A program made the translations under genes and the position numbers. Below the pieces are notes generated by a model. That model ran no database searches. It had not been told where the DNA came from and worked only from the letters and a program-made list of their open reading frames with translations. A stretch of 64,000 nt of DNA from an uncultured cyanobacterium. Its GTDB lineage: Bacteria > Cyanobacteriota > Cyanobacteriia > Cyanobacteriales > Nostocaceae. How positions within the stretch are numbered: the first letter of the stretch is position 1; every line of letters starts with the position of its first letter. Below are positions 52,184-63,160 of this stretch, one piece after another. The stretch spans positions 480,001-544,000 of the forward strand of contig CAVUDP010000001.1 in the NCBI GenBank assembly GCA_963740315.1, in the 5' to 3' direction.

Positions 52184-53458
52184 ATGTCTACTTTTACTCA
52201 AAATCCCGGCTTTATTCTCCTTGTTGATGATAACCCTACCAACCTTGCGGTATTAGCTCAAACTTTGAAAAATGAAGGTTTTTCTATCCGTATTGAGACT
52301 GATGGCGAAAGTGCTATAGAACAACTTGAAGATGAAACCGAGCAACCAGAATTGATTTTATTAGACGTACAAATGCCCGGTATTGATGGATTTGAAACCT
52401 GCCGTCGTATCAAAGCAAATCCGCAAACCCAGGAAATTCCAATTATTTTTATGACTGCTTTAGCTGATACAAATAGTAAAGTTAAAGGATTATCTTTAGG
52501 GGCTGTTGATTATATTACCAAGCCCTTTGAAGGAGAAGAAGTTTTAGCAAGAGTGCGCGTACATTTACAACTGCGACATTTAACTAAAAAACTCGAAAAT
52601 TGGAACGAGCAATTAGAAAAAAATGTAGTAGAAAGAACAGCTGCATTGCAACAAGCGCAAGTACAATTAGTTCAACAAGAAAAATTCGCCACCATAGGAC
52701 AATTAGTAGCAGGAGTTGCTCACGAAATCAATAATCCCATCGGCTGTATTTCTAGCAATATTCCCCCAGCTTCGGAATATCTAAGAGACATCACACAAGT
52801 TATCCATCTTTATCAACAGCACTACCCGCAACCAGTCGCAGAAATCGAAGCAGCCTTAGAAGAGTTAGATATTGAATTTGCGTTAAAAGATTTTCCCAAC
52901 TTACTCGAATCGATGAAAGTAAGTTCTCAACGTATCGAAGAGATTTCGGTGTCAATGCGAAACTTCTCCAGAAACGATACAAATAAATTAGTTAGCGCTG
53001 ATATACATACCGGAATAAATAGCACATTAATGATTTTACGTCATCGCCTCAAAGCAGTAGGTTGTCATCCAGAAATTAAAGTAATAAAACAATACAGTAA
53101 TTTACCAGAGATACAGTGCTATCCCGGCTTACTCAATCAAGTATTTACCAATTTACTCGCAAATGCTATTGATGCCTTAGAGGATGTCGCCGCACCAACT
53201 ATTCATATTTATACAGAGAAAACGATTGCCGATAAAATAACCGTTCGCATCGCTGACAACGGTACGGGAATGAGCCAAGAAGTACGGCAAAAACTGTTTG
53301 AGCCATTATTTACTACCAAACCCCTCGGTAAAGGTACTGGTTTGGGAATGGCGATCGCCCGCGCAATTATCGAAGAAACTCATCAGGGTAAGTTAAGCGT
53401 ATCATCGGAATTAGGAAAAGGAACTGAATTTACAATTGAAATTCCTCTTCTAACTTAA
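52184..53458 (+). CDS. Receiver + histidine kinase hybrid
   Basis: N-terminal REC (LLDVQMPG), AHEINNP and GKGTGLG motifs. Confidence 0.92.
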   Translation: MSTFTQNPGFILLVDDNPTNLAVLAQTLKNEGFSIRIETDGESAIEQLEDETEQPELILLDVQMPGIDGFETCRRIKANPQTQEIPIIFMTALADTNSKVKGLSLGAVDYITKPFEGEEVLARVRVHLQLRHLTKKLENWNEQLEKNVVERTAALQQAQVQLVQQEKFATIGQLVAGVAHEINNPIGCISSNIPPASEYLRDITQVIHLYQQHYPQPVAEIEAALEELDIEFALKDFPNLLESMKVSSQRIEEISVSMRNFSRNDTNKLVSADIHTGINSTLMILRHRLKAVGCHPEIKVIKQYSNLPEIQCYPGLLNQVFTNLLANAIDALEDVAAPTIHIYTEKTIADKITVRIADNGTGMSQEVRQKLFEPLFTTKPLGKGTGLGMAIARAIIEETHQGKLSVSSELGKGTEFTIEIPLLT

Positions 53459-53584
53459 AAAATTAATTTAATTAAACTTAACACCACTTTATTAACTAAA
53501 TTACTCCCTACTTGCTATTACCCAATCGTGTTAAGATATTTCTCAAATATGAAAACTATGTTGGATACTTGGATTTAAACAAAC

Positions 53585-53722
53585 ATGGAAGTAACAATAT
53601 TATTAGCAAAATTGCCGGAAGCTTATCAAGTTTTTGACCCTTTGGTAGATGTTCTCCCAATCATTCCCGTTTTCTTCTTGTTACTAGCTTTTGTTTGGCA
53701 AGCTGCTGTAGGTTTCAAGTAA
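53585..53722 (+). CDS. psbK: Photosystem II protein K (absent from the ORF track)
   Basis: [45 protein letters not shown]. Confidence 0.97.
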   Translation: MEVTILLAKLPEAYQVFDPLVDVLPIIPVFFLLLAFVWQAAVGFK

Positions 53723-53744
53723 GTTAACCCCGAAATATTTTTGA

Positions 53745-53777
53745 AAGACAGGCTCCGCAAGTCTGTCTTATTTTTTT
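53745..53777 (+). terminator. Probable intrinsic terminator after psbK
   Basis: aagacaggc-tccgcaa-gtctgtctt hairpin followed by a T-run. Confidence 0.55.
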
Positions 53778-53864
53778 GTAGATTTATTCACTAAATTTGA
53801 TATTTCTTAACTTTTTGTAATAAGTTAGAAAATGTCAGCGGTAATAATTAACAGGGTATTAACT

Positions 53865-54161
53865 ATGGGTAACATCAATTTTGTTAAAGAAGAGAAAGAA
53901 ATAGTAGCGGCTGATGGTGCGAATTTGCGATTGAAAGCCATGCAAAACAATATTGATATCTATAAAGTATGGGGAAAAATGGTGAACTGTGGAGGTGCAG
54001 GTCAGTGTGGAACCTGTATTGTAGAGATAACTGAAGGAATGGAAAATCTCTCACCTCGCACGGATGCAGAAACCAAAATGTTGAAAAAAAAGCCGGATAA
54101 TTACCGCCTTGCTTGTCAGACTTTGGTTAATGGATCTGTAAGTGTAGCAACGAAGCCTTGA
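53865..54161 (+). CDS. [2Fe-2S] ferredoxin-like protein
   Basis: [11 protein letters not shown] and RLACQT motifs; ATG at 53865 preferred. Confidence 0.9.
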   Translation: MGNINFVKEEKEIVAADGANLRLKAMQNNIDIYKVWGKMVNCGGAGQCGTCIVEITEGMENLSPRTDAETKMLKKKPDNYRLACQTLVNGSVSVATKP

Positions 54162-54290
54162 GAATTATATCCTTTGAGATTGTAGTATTTTCTCTGCTTT
54201 AACTTGTCTTTTTTGTGATCGATCGCCGAAGCATCAGTAATGTTATCCTAAAACTAGTGGCTGCAAATCGATCTTAGAGGCAATATAACC

Positions 54291-54410
54291 ATGCAAACTA
54301 ATGATTTGGGATTCATAGCGAGCATTTTGTTCGTATTAGTTCCCACAGTTTTTTTAATAGGACTTTACACCCTAACCATTAGCCGTCAAGGCGGAAGAAA
54401 CGATTCTTAA
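54291..54410 (+). CDS. psbM: Photosystem II protein M (absent from the ORF track)
   Basis: [26 protein letters not shown]. Confidence 0.95.
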   Translation: MQTNDLGFIASILFVLVPTVFLIGLYTLTISRQGGRNDS

Positions 54411-54532
54411 TTAAGACTTGATTAATTACTCAATTTTTTGAAAGGAAAAACCCCGACACTATGTATAAGTGTGGGGGTTTTATCTATCAACCGCGAAATC
54501 TATAATTAAATGAATTGAATGTAAAATTGCAT

Positions 54533-55387
54533 CTAAGCTGCCTCGGTGCGTGCTAGTAAAACCGGACAGGTAGCATTAATCCTGACATAATCAGATAGCG
54601 AAGTACCTAAAAGCTTGTCTAAATCTACAAAACTCTTAGCTATTGAGGGGCGACGATCTGGAGAACCGACTAATAATAAGTCTACGTTCATCTCCGAAGC
54701 CAAGCTACAAATTTTTTCACCCGGTTTGCCAATACTGAGTATACAGCGAGATTTAACGCCTTGTTTTTGAGCTTTATTCGCTGCTTCTGCTAAAATAGGA
54801 TGCTTTTCGGGATTAACTTGGGCAGTTTCGGCTGATGGACTCTTTAAGTCAGTCATCACGTGAGTTAAAATCAACTCGCCGCCTTTGATATCTTTTAGTA
54901 GGAATAAAGCCAAGTCTAAACAGTATTTTGACGCATCAGATTTATCAATTGCCACCATAACCCGGTTAATTCTTTTGACATAAATGTCATCTTTAACCAA
55001 GAGCATGGGACGAGAAGACAATTGAAAAACATACTGACTGACTGAATTCGCCAAAATTGATTCTAAGCGCTTAAGTCCTCTCGAACCCATAATAATCAAA
55101 TCGGCATCGATTTCATTCGCCACTTGACAAACGACATCTTTAGGTTCGCCTTGACGCAGCACCGAATTAACCTGATTGGGATTTAGCTGCAACTTTTGAA
55201 TAGCGCTCGCTAAAATTTTACCGCCTTCTTCCCACTTCGCACTCATTGATTCGGCGGTGGTTTGTGGAGGAACAACGTGCAAAATGGTAATTTTCGCTCG
55301 TTGGATTGATGGTATTTCCTCCATCAGTTTGAGCATTTCTTCCGCGTGTCCCAATCCTGAGACAGCTAGCAAAATGTTTTGCATCAT
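54533..55387 (-). CDS. Tandem-domain universal stress protein
   Basis: Two USP domains, DLIIMGSRG and CPVLL motifs. Confidence 0.92.
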   Translation of the reverse strand: MMQNILLAVSGLGHAEEMLKLMEEIPSIQRAKITILHVVPPQTTAESMSAKWEEGGKILASAIQKLQLNPNQVNSVLRQGEPKDVVCQVANEIDADLIIMGSRGLKRLESILANSVSQYVFQLSSRPMLLVKDDIYVKRINRVMVAIDKSDASKYCLDLALFLLKDIKGGELILTHVMTDLKSPSAETAQVNPEKHPILAEAANKAQKQGVKSRCILSIGKPGEKICSLASEMNVDLLLVGSPDRRPSIAKSFVDLDKLLGTSLSDYVRINATCPVLLARTEAA

Positions 55388-56057
55388 AGGGACACCTTTT
55401 TATTACTTAGCTTAGGTTTTTACCGCGTTGCTCCATTTTTTCCTGTTGTTTGTCCCAAACCTAATTAGACAAATGACAAAGGACAAAAAAGAGTTATGTA
55501 TAAATGAACCGTTATATTTGAAGTTGAAAATAAAGGTTCCATATCATTTAAGCCTACTTCACATTTTGCACTATATTCTTAACGAATAATTATGAAATTT
55601 ATCAGTTTTAATCTATGTTTAATAAAGTTAACTATAACTAAGTAAACTATTGTAAAGACAATGGATACAAAAATTAAATATATAAAATTAAGTAAAGTAA
55701 TCTTGGCATATTTTCTATTATATGTATCTACAGATTGTATAAATTTATGTAAAGTATAAAAAACTGAATTTGCTATTATAGACTTGTTTGATTTCCCTGA
55801 TTATTTTTAGACGTAGCAATACAAATTATCTACATTGGCGTTAGTTATTTAACAACGCCTTTTTTTTATTATTAAAAGCATTATTTGGGCGATCGCAGCA
55901 AAATTACGATTAAATTCAAAAGCTATTTACTTTAATTAAGAGAAAATTCGGTAGCGGATCTACTTTGGCGCTGGTTATATTAAGTGACATTCTCTTGAAA
56001 TGATTGTCAGTATAATTACACAAGCGGTTATCAACGTATCTACCAGTTATTCACTAT

Positions 56058-59000
56058 ATGCATCCGCACCTAAACTCAGAAAATAATTCCCAGTTGTTCC
56101 AAGTATTTTTGGAGCATACACCTATAGCTGTGGCAATGTTCGATCCTCAGATGTGCCTGATGGCAGCAAGTCGTAAATGGTTGACAGATTACGGCTTGGA
56201 TGGTGAATTGATAGTAGGTCGTTGTTATTACGAAATATTTCCCGAAACTTTAGATAAATGGAAGGTAATTCACCAACGTTGTTTGGCTGGTGCGATCGCC
56301 AGTTGTGAAGCTGAAAAAATCGTAGGTGTTGATGGTGAATTCGAGTGGATTAAATGGGAATGTCGTCCCTGGAATCAAAGCAACGGTGAAATTGGTGGAG
56401 TTATCTTCTCCTCAGAGAAAGTTACCGAACAAATGCTTTGCCAAGAAGCATTAACAAATAGTGAAAAACGCTTCCGAAAGCTAGCCGCAAATCTACCGGG
56501 AGTAATTTATCAGTTTCAACTGAGTGCAAATGGCGAAATGTCATTTCCTTACATAAGTTCCGGTTGTCGCAGGTTTCTGGAAATAGAGCCGATAAAAATA
56601 GAGCAAAATTCTCAACTTGTTTTAGATTTGATTCATCCGGAGGATCGAGAGTCTTATCTAGAGTCAATGAAGCTTTCGGCGGATACATTATTACCGTGGC
56701 TGTGGGAAGGGAGAATAATTACGCCTAGCGGTAAATGTAGGTGGGTTCGCTGCGTATTACGACCGGAACAAGCTGGTGGTAATATTCTCTGGGGTGGGTT
56801 GATGATTGATATCAGCGATCGAATCAAAGTTGAGGAACAGTTACGATCGTATCAGCAAGATTTAGAAACGAAAGTACAGTATCGCACCAATGAACTAATC
56901 GCCCAAATTTCCCGCAGACAACAGGCGGAAGCGCGGTTTGAAAAACTAGCCGCTAACGTTCCGGGAATGATTTATCAATACATATTGCGTCCGGATGGTA
57001 GCAGTTATTTCTCTTATGTAAGTCCCGGTTATCGTGACATTTTTGAATTAGAAGCAGAACAAATTCAGCAAGATGTCAACAGCATTTTTGACCAAACCCA
57101 TCCCGATGACTTGCTAATTTTACAGGAGTCAATAGTAGCTTCCGCCCAAAGTTTACAGCATTGGAAGCAAGAATGGAGAATTACGACTACCCAGGGATTG
57201 AAGTGGTTGCAAGGACACTCTAAACCATCCAAGCAAACTAACGGTGATATTGTCTGGGATGGCATGGTGATGGATATTACCGAGCTTAAGCAAGCAGAAG
57301 ATGCACTAAAACAAAGCGAAGAAAAATTCCGTACTTTGTTTGAAAAATCGGCAGATGGAATTCTTTTGTACAATGGCGAAGTTTTCTTTGACTGCAATCA
57401 AGCAGCAGTCGAGATGATGGGCTGTAGTAGTAAAACGCAATTAATGCGTATGGCACCATCAGCAATTTCTCCCGAATTTCAACCCGATGGGACATCTTCT
57501 GTTGATAAACAAAGAGAGTTTACAAAAACTGCCTATGAATCAGGTAGTCATCGCTTTGAATGGGTGATTCAGCGTATAGATGGTGAAGATATGCCGCTTG
57601 AAGTTCAATTGACAGCTATTCCCTTAAACGGGGAACAAGTTTTTTATACAGTTTGGCAAGATATTACAAACCGCAAACAAGCCGAAGCAGCAGTAAAACG
57701 ATCGAAAGCAAGGTATCGAGAACTAGCCAGTCGGGAAAAATTACTCAACAGTCTTGCCAGTCAAATTCGTAATACGCTTGACGTAGATACAGTCATAGAA
57801 ACAGCTATTAATGAGATTAAGCGATTATTAAATATTGATAATTGCAGCTTCTCTTGGTTTCAACCCAACGCCGAACCTCCCATTTGGGAAACCATAAAAG
57901 AATCGAAAAACAACAGTTTTCCCAGTTTAATCGGTCGCCATTCTATAGTTAAAGTCGGCTCGGTGACAGAAATGTTCTTAAAGCAAGAAGTATTGCAGAT
58001 AGACGATGTAAGCAACTGCCAAGAACCAATACATCGGCAATTCTTAGAATCATTAGGAATCAAATCGGAAATAGTGCTACCAATTCAGACTCGTGACGGT
58101 CAAATTGGTGTAATTGCTTGCGTTCATAGAGCGGAAACTCGCCCTTGGACTGATAGTGAAGTAGAATTGCTCCAAGCAGTAATAGATCAACTTGCGATCG
58201 CCATTAATCAAGCCGCACTCTACAGCATTACCGAGCAAAGGGCATTGAACGCTCAAAAACAAGCGCAACAGATAGAACAAACGCTGCAACAACTCCAAAA
58301 AGCTCAATCTCAATTAGTGCAAAGCGAAAAAATGTCTAGTTTAGGTCAGCTAGTCGCTGGAGTCGCTCACGAAATCAATAACCCGGTTAATTTTATCTAC
58401 GGTAATTTAATTCACGCTAATAATTATACTGAAGATATAATCAGTTTACTCAAACTGTACGAGCAAGAATATCCTCAACCGACTCCGGAAATGCAAGAGG
58501 AAATAGAAACTTTAGATTTAGATTTCTTAATTTCCGACTTACCCAAAATAATGAAATCAATGATGGTAGGGGCGCAGAGAATTCGAGAAATCGTGCAATC
58601 GTTGAGAACTTTTTCCCGACTTGACGAAGCTGAAATGAAAACGGTAGATATTCATGAAGGCATTGAAAGTACCTTAATGATTTTGCAGCATCGCCTCAAA
58701 CCCAAGCAGAAAAATCAAGGGATTGAAATAATAAAAGAATATGGCAACTTAGCTAAAATAGTTTGCTTTCCAGGACAGCTAAACCAAGTATTTATGAATT
58801 TAATTGCTAATGCTATTGATGCTTTAGAAGAAGGAGTAACTAAAGCTCAAGTATCCACTCCCACAATTACAATTACCACAAAAACGATCCAGAGCGATCG
58901 CGTTGCAATCCACATCGCCGATAATGGTACGGGAATATCTGCTTGCGTGCGGCAACGTTTATTTGACCCATTTTTTACTACCAAGCCCATCGGAGTTGGA

Positions 59001-59135
59001 ACTGGTTTGGGGTTATCAATCAGTTATCAAATAGTAGTTGATAGACATGGTGGTAACATAAACTGCTTTAGCGAACCAGGGCAAGGTACAGAATTTGTAA
59101 TTGAAATTCCCGTAACTCAACCAGGTAATACTTGA
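56058..59135 (+). CDS. Multi-PAS/GAF sensor histidine kinase
   Basis: Several PAS repeats, GAF, SEKMSSLGQLVAGVAHEINNP and HATPase. Confidence 0.93.
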   Translation: MHPHLNSENNSQLFQVFLEHTPIAVAMFDPQMCLMAASRKWLTDYGLDGELIVGRCYYEIFPETLDKWKVIHQRCLAGAIASCEAEKIVGVDGEFEWIKWECRPWNQSNGEIGGVIFSSEKVTEQMLCQEALTNSEKRFRKLAANLPGVIYQFQLSANGEMSFPYISSGCRRFLEIEPIKIEQNSQLVLDLIHPEDRESYLESMKLSADTLLPWLWEGRIITPSGKCRWVRCVLRPEQAGGNILWGGLMIDISDRIKVEEQLRSYQQDLETKVQYRTNELIAQISRRQQAEARFEKLAANVPGMIYQYILRPDGSSYFSYVSPGYRDIFELEAEQIQQDVNSIFDQTHPDDLLILQESIVASAQSLQHWKQEWRITTTQGLKWLQGHSKPSKQTNGDIVWDGMVMDITELKQAEDALKQSEEKFRTLFEKSADGILLYNGEVFFDCNQAAVEMMGCSSKTQLMRMAPSAISPEFQPDGTSSVDKQREFTKTAYESGSHRFEWVIQRIDGEDMPLEVQLTAIPLNGEQVFYTVWQDITNRKQAEAAVKRSKARYRELASREKLLNSLASQIRNTLDVDTVIETAINEIKRLLNIDNCSFSWFQPNAEPPIWETIKESKNNSFPSLIGRHSIVKVGSVTEMFLKQEVLQIDDVSNCQEPIHRQFLESLGIKSEIVLPIQTRDGQIGVIACVHRAETRPWTDSEVELLQAVIDQLAIAINQAALYSITEQRALNAQKQAQQIEQTLQQLQKAQSQLVQSEKMSSLGQLVAGVAHEINNPVNFIYGNLIHANNYTEDIISLLKLYEQEYPQPTPEMQEEIETLDLDFLISDLPKIMKSMMVGAQRIREIVQSLRTFSRLDEAEMKTVDIHEGIESTLMILQHRLKPKQKNQGIEIIKEYGNLAKIVCFPGQLNQVFMNLIANAIDALEEGVTKAQVSTPTITITTKTIQSDRVAIHIADNGTGISACVRQRLFDPFFTTKPIGVGTGLGLSISYQIVVDRHGGNINCFSEPGQGTEFVIEIPVTQPGNT

Positions 59136-59152
59136 TTGATTTCATAGCGTTT

Positions 59153-59231
59153 CGATCCCCCCTAACCCCCCTTGGCAAGGGGGGAATTGGAATTAAAGTC
59201 CCCCAAAGAGGGCGGGGGATTTAAGGGGATC
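59153..59231. repeat. C/G-rich palindromic intergenic repeat between convergent genes
   Basis: gatccccc...cccccttggcaagggggg...ggggatc. Confidence 0.6.
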
Positions 59232-59265
59232 TTACAAGATGTGTGTACGCGGTTCCCCAATTCAC

Positions 59266-61371
59266 TTAAGCAGCACTTTTTAAACCGTTATGCTTGAGTA
59301 AAGGTTCGGTACTCGGTTCCCTACCCCGGAAAGCTTGAAATACTTCCATCGGGTGTTTGCTACCACCAAGAGCAAGTACGGTGTCGCGGTAACGTATGCC
59401 TGTCTCTTTAATTGCTTCTTCGTCTTCTAATCCAGCTTCTTCAAAAGCAGCAAAAGCATCCGCACTCAACACTTCAGCCCACTTATAGCTGTAATAACCT
59501 GCGGCATATCCCCCAGCAAAAATGTGTCCGAACGCACAGAGAAAATTATCTTCGGGGATTGGTGGTAATATAGTTGTATTCTTGGCAATGCGACGGCGAA
59601 CATCATCGGGTGTCTCATCACCATCGGGACGATAGCGGTAATGTAATTCGATATCGAGCAAGCTAAAGTTCAACTGACGCAACATATAGCCACCACTCAT
59701 ATAGTTGCGTGCGGCTACAAGTTTTTGATAATAATGTTCTGGTAGAGATTCCCCGGTTTCGTAATGTTTTGCCATTCCCATTAAAGTCGGACGTTCGTAA
59801 CACCAGTTTTCCATAAACTGACTAGGTAATTCTACGGCATCCCATTCGACGTTATTAATACCAGCAGCACTAGGATAATCTATCTTAGTTAGCATATGCT
59901 GCAAACCGTGACCGAATTCATGGAACAAGGTTTCTACTTCCGTGAAGGTCATTAAACTCGGCTTATCATCTACCGGGGGGGTTTGGTTGCAGATCAAGTA
60001 TGCGACTGGTAGCTGAGTCTGTATTTTACCATTTTCTTCGATTTTACGACGATTTAGACAGGTATCCATCCATGCACCGCCACGTTTCTCAACTGGACGG
60101 CTATAGGGGTCTAAATAAAAGTAAGCTATAGGATTACCAGTTTCATCAGTTATTTGGAAATAACGGACATCTTCATGCCATACGGGGGCTTGTCCGTCGG
60201 CAGGAGTGACGCTAACGTTAAATAAACGTTTTACCAATCCAAATAAGCCATCGAGAACTTGGGGAAGCGGAAAATAAGGACGCAACTCTTCTTGTGTAAA
60301 ATCAAACTTCTCTTCCCGTTGACGTTCCGACCAAAAGCTGATATCCCAGTTTTTTAAATCCTTAGCTTCTGGGGCATTTTTAGAAGCTGCAAATTGTTTG
60401 AGTTCTTCTAATTCTTTTTGTGCGGCATCGTAACTGGTAAGGCGTAATTCTTCTAAGAGTTTATCTACCGCTTCCACATTAGGAGCCATTTTACTCGCTA
60501 AACTCACCTCTGCATAGTTGTTATATCCGAGTAATTCAGCTAATTCCTGTCTTAGCTCCAAAATACGCTTAATTATCGGTCTATTATCCAACTCACCCGA
60601 AGATGCGCGAGAGACAAAAGCTTTATATAATGTTTCGCGTAAATCCCGTCGCTTGCTATGCTGCATAAAAGGATAATAGCTGGGAAAATCCAAAGTGACG
60701 CGCCAGGGACCATTTTCCGGAGTCGCGTTTTCCTCACCCGCATCTCGTGCGGTTTGGGCTGCCAAACTCAGCCAGCTTGGGGGTAAACCTTCGACTTCTT
60801 CAGGTGTTATTAACGTCAAACTAAAAGCTTTAGTTGCATCCAAAACGTGATTTGAGAACTTCGTAGAAATTTCCGCCATTTCCATCTGGATTGCATTAAA
60901 ACGTTCTTGCGCTTCACCTTCCAAACCGATACCAGCAAGTTCGGCATCGCGGATAGATGATTCAACAATGCGTTGTTGTGCAGAATCCAAAGTATTCCAA
61001 ATAGAGGCGGTCCGCAGCGCTTTAAAAGCATTATAAATCGGTTTACTTTGGCTTAGTCTGTTAGAAAACTGGACTATTTCCGGCTGTGAAGTTTCGTAAG
61101 CTTGACGTAATTCCGGGCTATTTTTCACACCCATCAAATGGCTAACTATACCCCAACTCCAAGTTAAACGTTCGGTTAACCGTTCTAAAGGTTCTACCAA
61201 ACCGCTCCAAGTAGGTAAAACGTTTGTTTCTAATTGAGTAAGTTCTTCATTTAATTCCGAAAGCAATTGATTTAAAGCAGGCTCTACGTGTTCCGGTTTG
61301 ATTTGTGTAAAAGCAGGTAAACCCGAACATTTGAGCAAGGGATTATCTGAAATAGCAACTTTTGTAGTCAT
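59266..61371 (-). CDS. prlC: Oligopeptidase A (M3 family)
   Basis: FHEFGHGLQH, AVELPSQFME and GYYSYKWAE motifs. Confidence 0.95.
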   Translation of the reverse strand: MTTKVAISDNPLLKCSGLPAFTQIKPEHVEPALNQLLSELNEELTQLETNVLPTWSGLVEPLERLTERLTWSWGIVSHLMGVKNSPELRQAYETSQPEIVQFSNRLSQSKPIYNAFKALRTASIWNTLDSAQQRIVESSIRDAELAGIGLEGEAQERFNAIQMEMAEISTKFSNHVLDATKAFSLTLITPEEVEGLPPSWLSLAAQTARDAGEENATPENGPWRVTLDFPSYYPFMQHSKRRDLRETLYKAFVSRASSGELDNRPIIKRILELRQELAELLGYNNYAEVSLASKMAPNVEAVDKLLEELRLTSYDAAQKELEELKQFAASKNAPEAKDLKNWDISFWSERQREEKFDFTQEELRPYFPLPQVLDGLFGLVKRLFNVSVTPADGQAPVWHEDVRYFQITDETGNPIAYFYLDPYSRPVEKRGGAWMDTCLNRRKIEENGKIQTQLPVAYLICNQTPPVDDKPSLMTFTEVETLFHEFGHGLQHMLTKIDYPSAAGINNVEWDAVELPSQFMENWCYERPTLMGMAKHYETGESLPEHYYQKLVAARNYMSGGYMLRQLNFSLLDIELHYRYRPDGDETPDDVRRRIAKNTTILPPIPEDNFLCAFGHIFAGGYAAGYYSYKWAEVLSADAFAAFEEAGLEDEEAIKETGIRYRDTVLALGGSKHPMEVFQAFRGREPSTEPLLKHNGLKSAA

Positions 61372-61483
61372 AAATATGTGTGAGAGACAAATATTCTATT
61401 ATATAGTTCTAATTTAATGAATATTCGTAAAAAGGGCGTTTGTGGAATTCCGTACCGAGGAGGTTGGGGGATGGGGAGATGGG

Positions 61484-61600
61484 GAGTACTTCGACAAGTC
61501 TTACAGTGAGCTACGTCGAACTGCTCAGTAACCTTTGGGGAGATGGGGAGTACTTCGACAAGTCTTACAGTGAGCTACGTCGAACTGCTCAGTAACCTTT
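61484..61600 (+). repeat. Two identical 53-bp nested hairpin elements (period 64) just downstream of cas6
   Basis: Copies start at 61484 and 61548. Confidence 0.95.
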
Positions 61601-61664
61601 GGGGAGATGGGGGGACACAAATAATTTTAACCTTTAACCTTTAACATGCAGACCTTTAACCTTT

Positions 61665-62768
61665 TTACCCATTCGCTAAAATCTTCCTCGTCAATTTAAC
61701 GTAAGTCTTCACCGTTTCATAAGGTATTTCTAAATCGGTGGCAATATCTTGTAGTGATTCGCCGGTTTCTCGTCGTGCCATGATTAAGGCGCGTTTTTCA
61801 CAGACAGCGATCGCTCTTTCTCCACCCGTGCGCTTTTGTTTTGACATCAGTATCTCGGTAATTTGCGCGATTCTCTGGGCTAGTAGCTCTTGTGGTGATA
61901 CTATTTCTACTTTCTCCGATTCAATTAACCATCCCAACCTTGTTTGTCCCAAACCAAAAGTAGTTTTATGTCCTGTACCACAATAAGGTGCAAGTTGTGC
62001 CAGCGCTTTGAATAAATTTACATATTCGGAATTATCTAATGCGTCTTTACTCAAACCTAATTCCACCGCACCCGTAAATCCAGTCACTAAACCTCTTTTA
62101 CCACCAGCAACCTTAGTAGTAGAAATTTGATGGCGTTGAATAATTACGTTTTCGTCTACCCATTCTAAAAAGGCATCTTGTTCGACAGGTAAATTAGAAA
62201 AATTATTCCAGCGTCGTAAATAGCTATGAAAAATATTGAAAGGTAGCGGTAAAGGAAAATGATGTTTTTTGCGACGAAAGCTGGTAGGGCTGATATAGCT
62301 TAACGAAAGAGTGTTTTTAGCTTTATTTTGTAATAATTGTTTGTAAGTTGTGGGCTGATGGGCAACTTCCACCGAGTTGATTTGTAAAGGTGCGTTGCGA
62401 AGTTCAATAGTGTTGGGTAAATTTTGCAACCAATCCGCCATCCATTCCACCAACCGCGATGATAGTGCAGTCACGTACCATTGATAATTGGAATTTGCTA
62501 AAAGCTGTAATTTTGTGCCATTACTAAAAAAATCTCCTTGCAAACGAGAGATAGTAAACGGCTTTTCCGATTCCCCATCATGCAGATGAGCCGATAAATC
62601 GGGATTTGTTTGTCGTACTCGATCTAAAAACCAAGCGTGGAGTCCCTTCGTATATTCGGGGAAGATAGTGTAATTGCCTAGTGGAACTGCATTAAAAACT
62701 ATCCCTACCAACTCCGTGTCGGTGGGTAGAGTAATTTTCGCCGAGGATTTTTTGCGAGTTGTAGGCAT
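61665..62768 (-). CDS. cas6: CRISPR-associated endoribonuclease Cas6 with a C-terminal HTH extension
   Basis: KPFTIS, SPTSFR, G-rich loop YCGTGHKTTFGLGQ; tail ESLQDIATDLEIPYETVKTYVK. Confidence 0.9.
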   Translation of the reverse strand: MPTTRKKSSAKITLPTDTELVGIVFNAVPLGNYTIFPEYTKGLHAWFLDRVRQTNPDLSAHLHDGESEKPFTISRLQGDFFSNGTKLQLLANSNYQWYVTALSSRLVEWMADWLQNLPNTIELRNAPLQINSVEVAHQPTTYKQLLQNKAKNTLSLSYISPTSFRRKKHHFPLPLPFNIFHSYLRRWNNFSNLPVEQDAFLEWVDENVIIQRHQISTTKVAGGKRGLVTGFTGAVELGLSKDALDNSEYVNLFKALAQLAPYCGTGHKTTFGLGQTRLGWLIESEKVEIVSPQELLAQRIAQITEILMSKQKRTGGERAIAVCEKRALIMARRETGESLQDIATDLEIPYETVKTYVKLTRKILANG

Positions 62769-62813
62769 AGTGAGATTTTACATGATTTTATTCACCCCGC
62801 ACTAGGGACGTAA

Positions 62814-63081
62814 GGTTTGTAGTAAGAGTTTTAATCGTATTTGAGGTAACAAATCCTCACTACTAACCCCGCAAAACTTATGTCGTTAATGCGTTTGATT
62901 AATTCTGATAGGTTCGTAGTAAGGGCTTAAGCCCTCCAGATTTAGTACTAAAATCGGCACGTCGAACCAATCAAATTTAATGCAATCAACTACTACTACT
63001 CCTTTTCATTAATTTTGACGGGTTCGTAGTAAGGGCATTGGTTCCCTAAATCCGGAGGCGCTGAAGCGCTTACTACGAACC
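62814..63081. repeat. Cluster of three REP-like palindromes (ggtt(c/t)gtagtaag family)
   Basis: Best copy 63021-63081 ggttcgtagtaag...cttactacgaacc; degenerate copies near 62814 and 62911. Confidence 0.65.
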
Positions 63082-63160
63082 TTTTTACCCAGCAAAACTT
63101 TTGAAAGAGACTAGGTAAGGTTTTAAGTGCGTTTTAACCTATTTACCCCACATCGATCGA

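Noticed and set aside
61484..61600. Repeats next to cas6 as a CRISPR array
   Set aside because: Units are 53 bp separated only by constant G-rich STRR sequence, with no unique spacers, and the same element occurs at three unrelated loci
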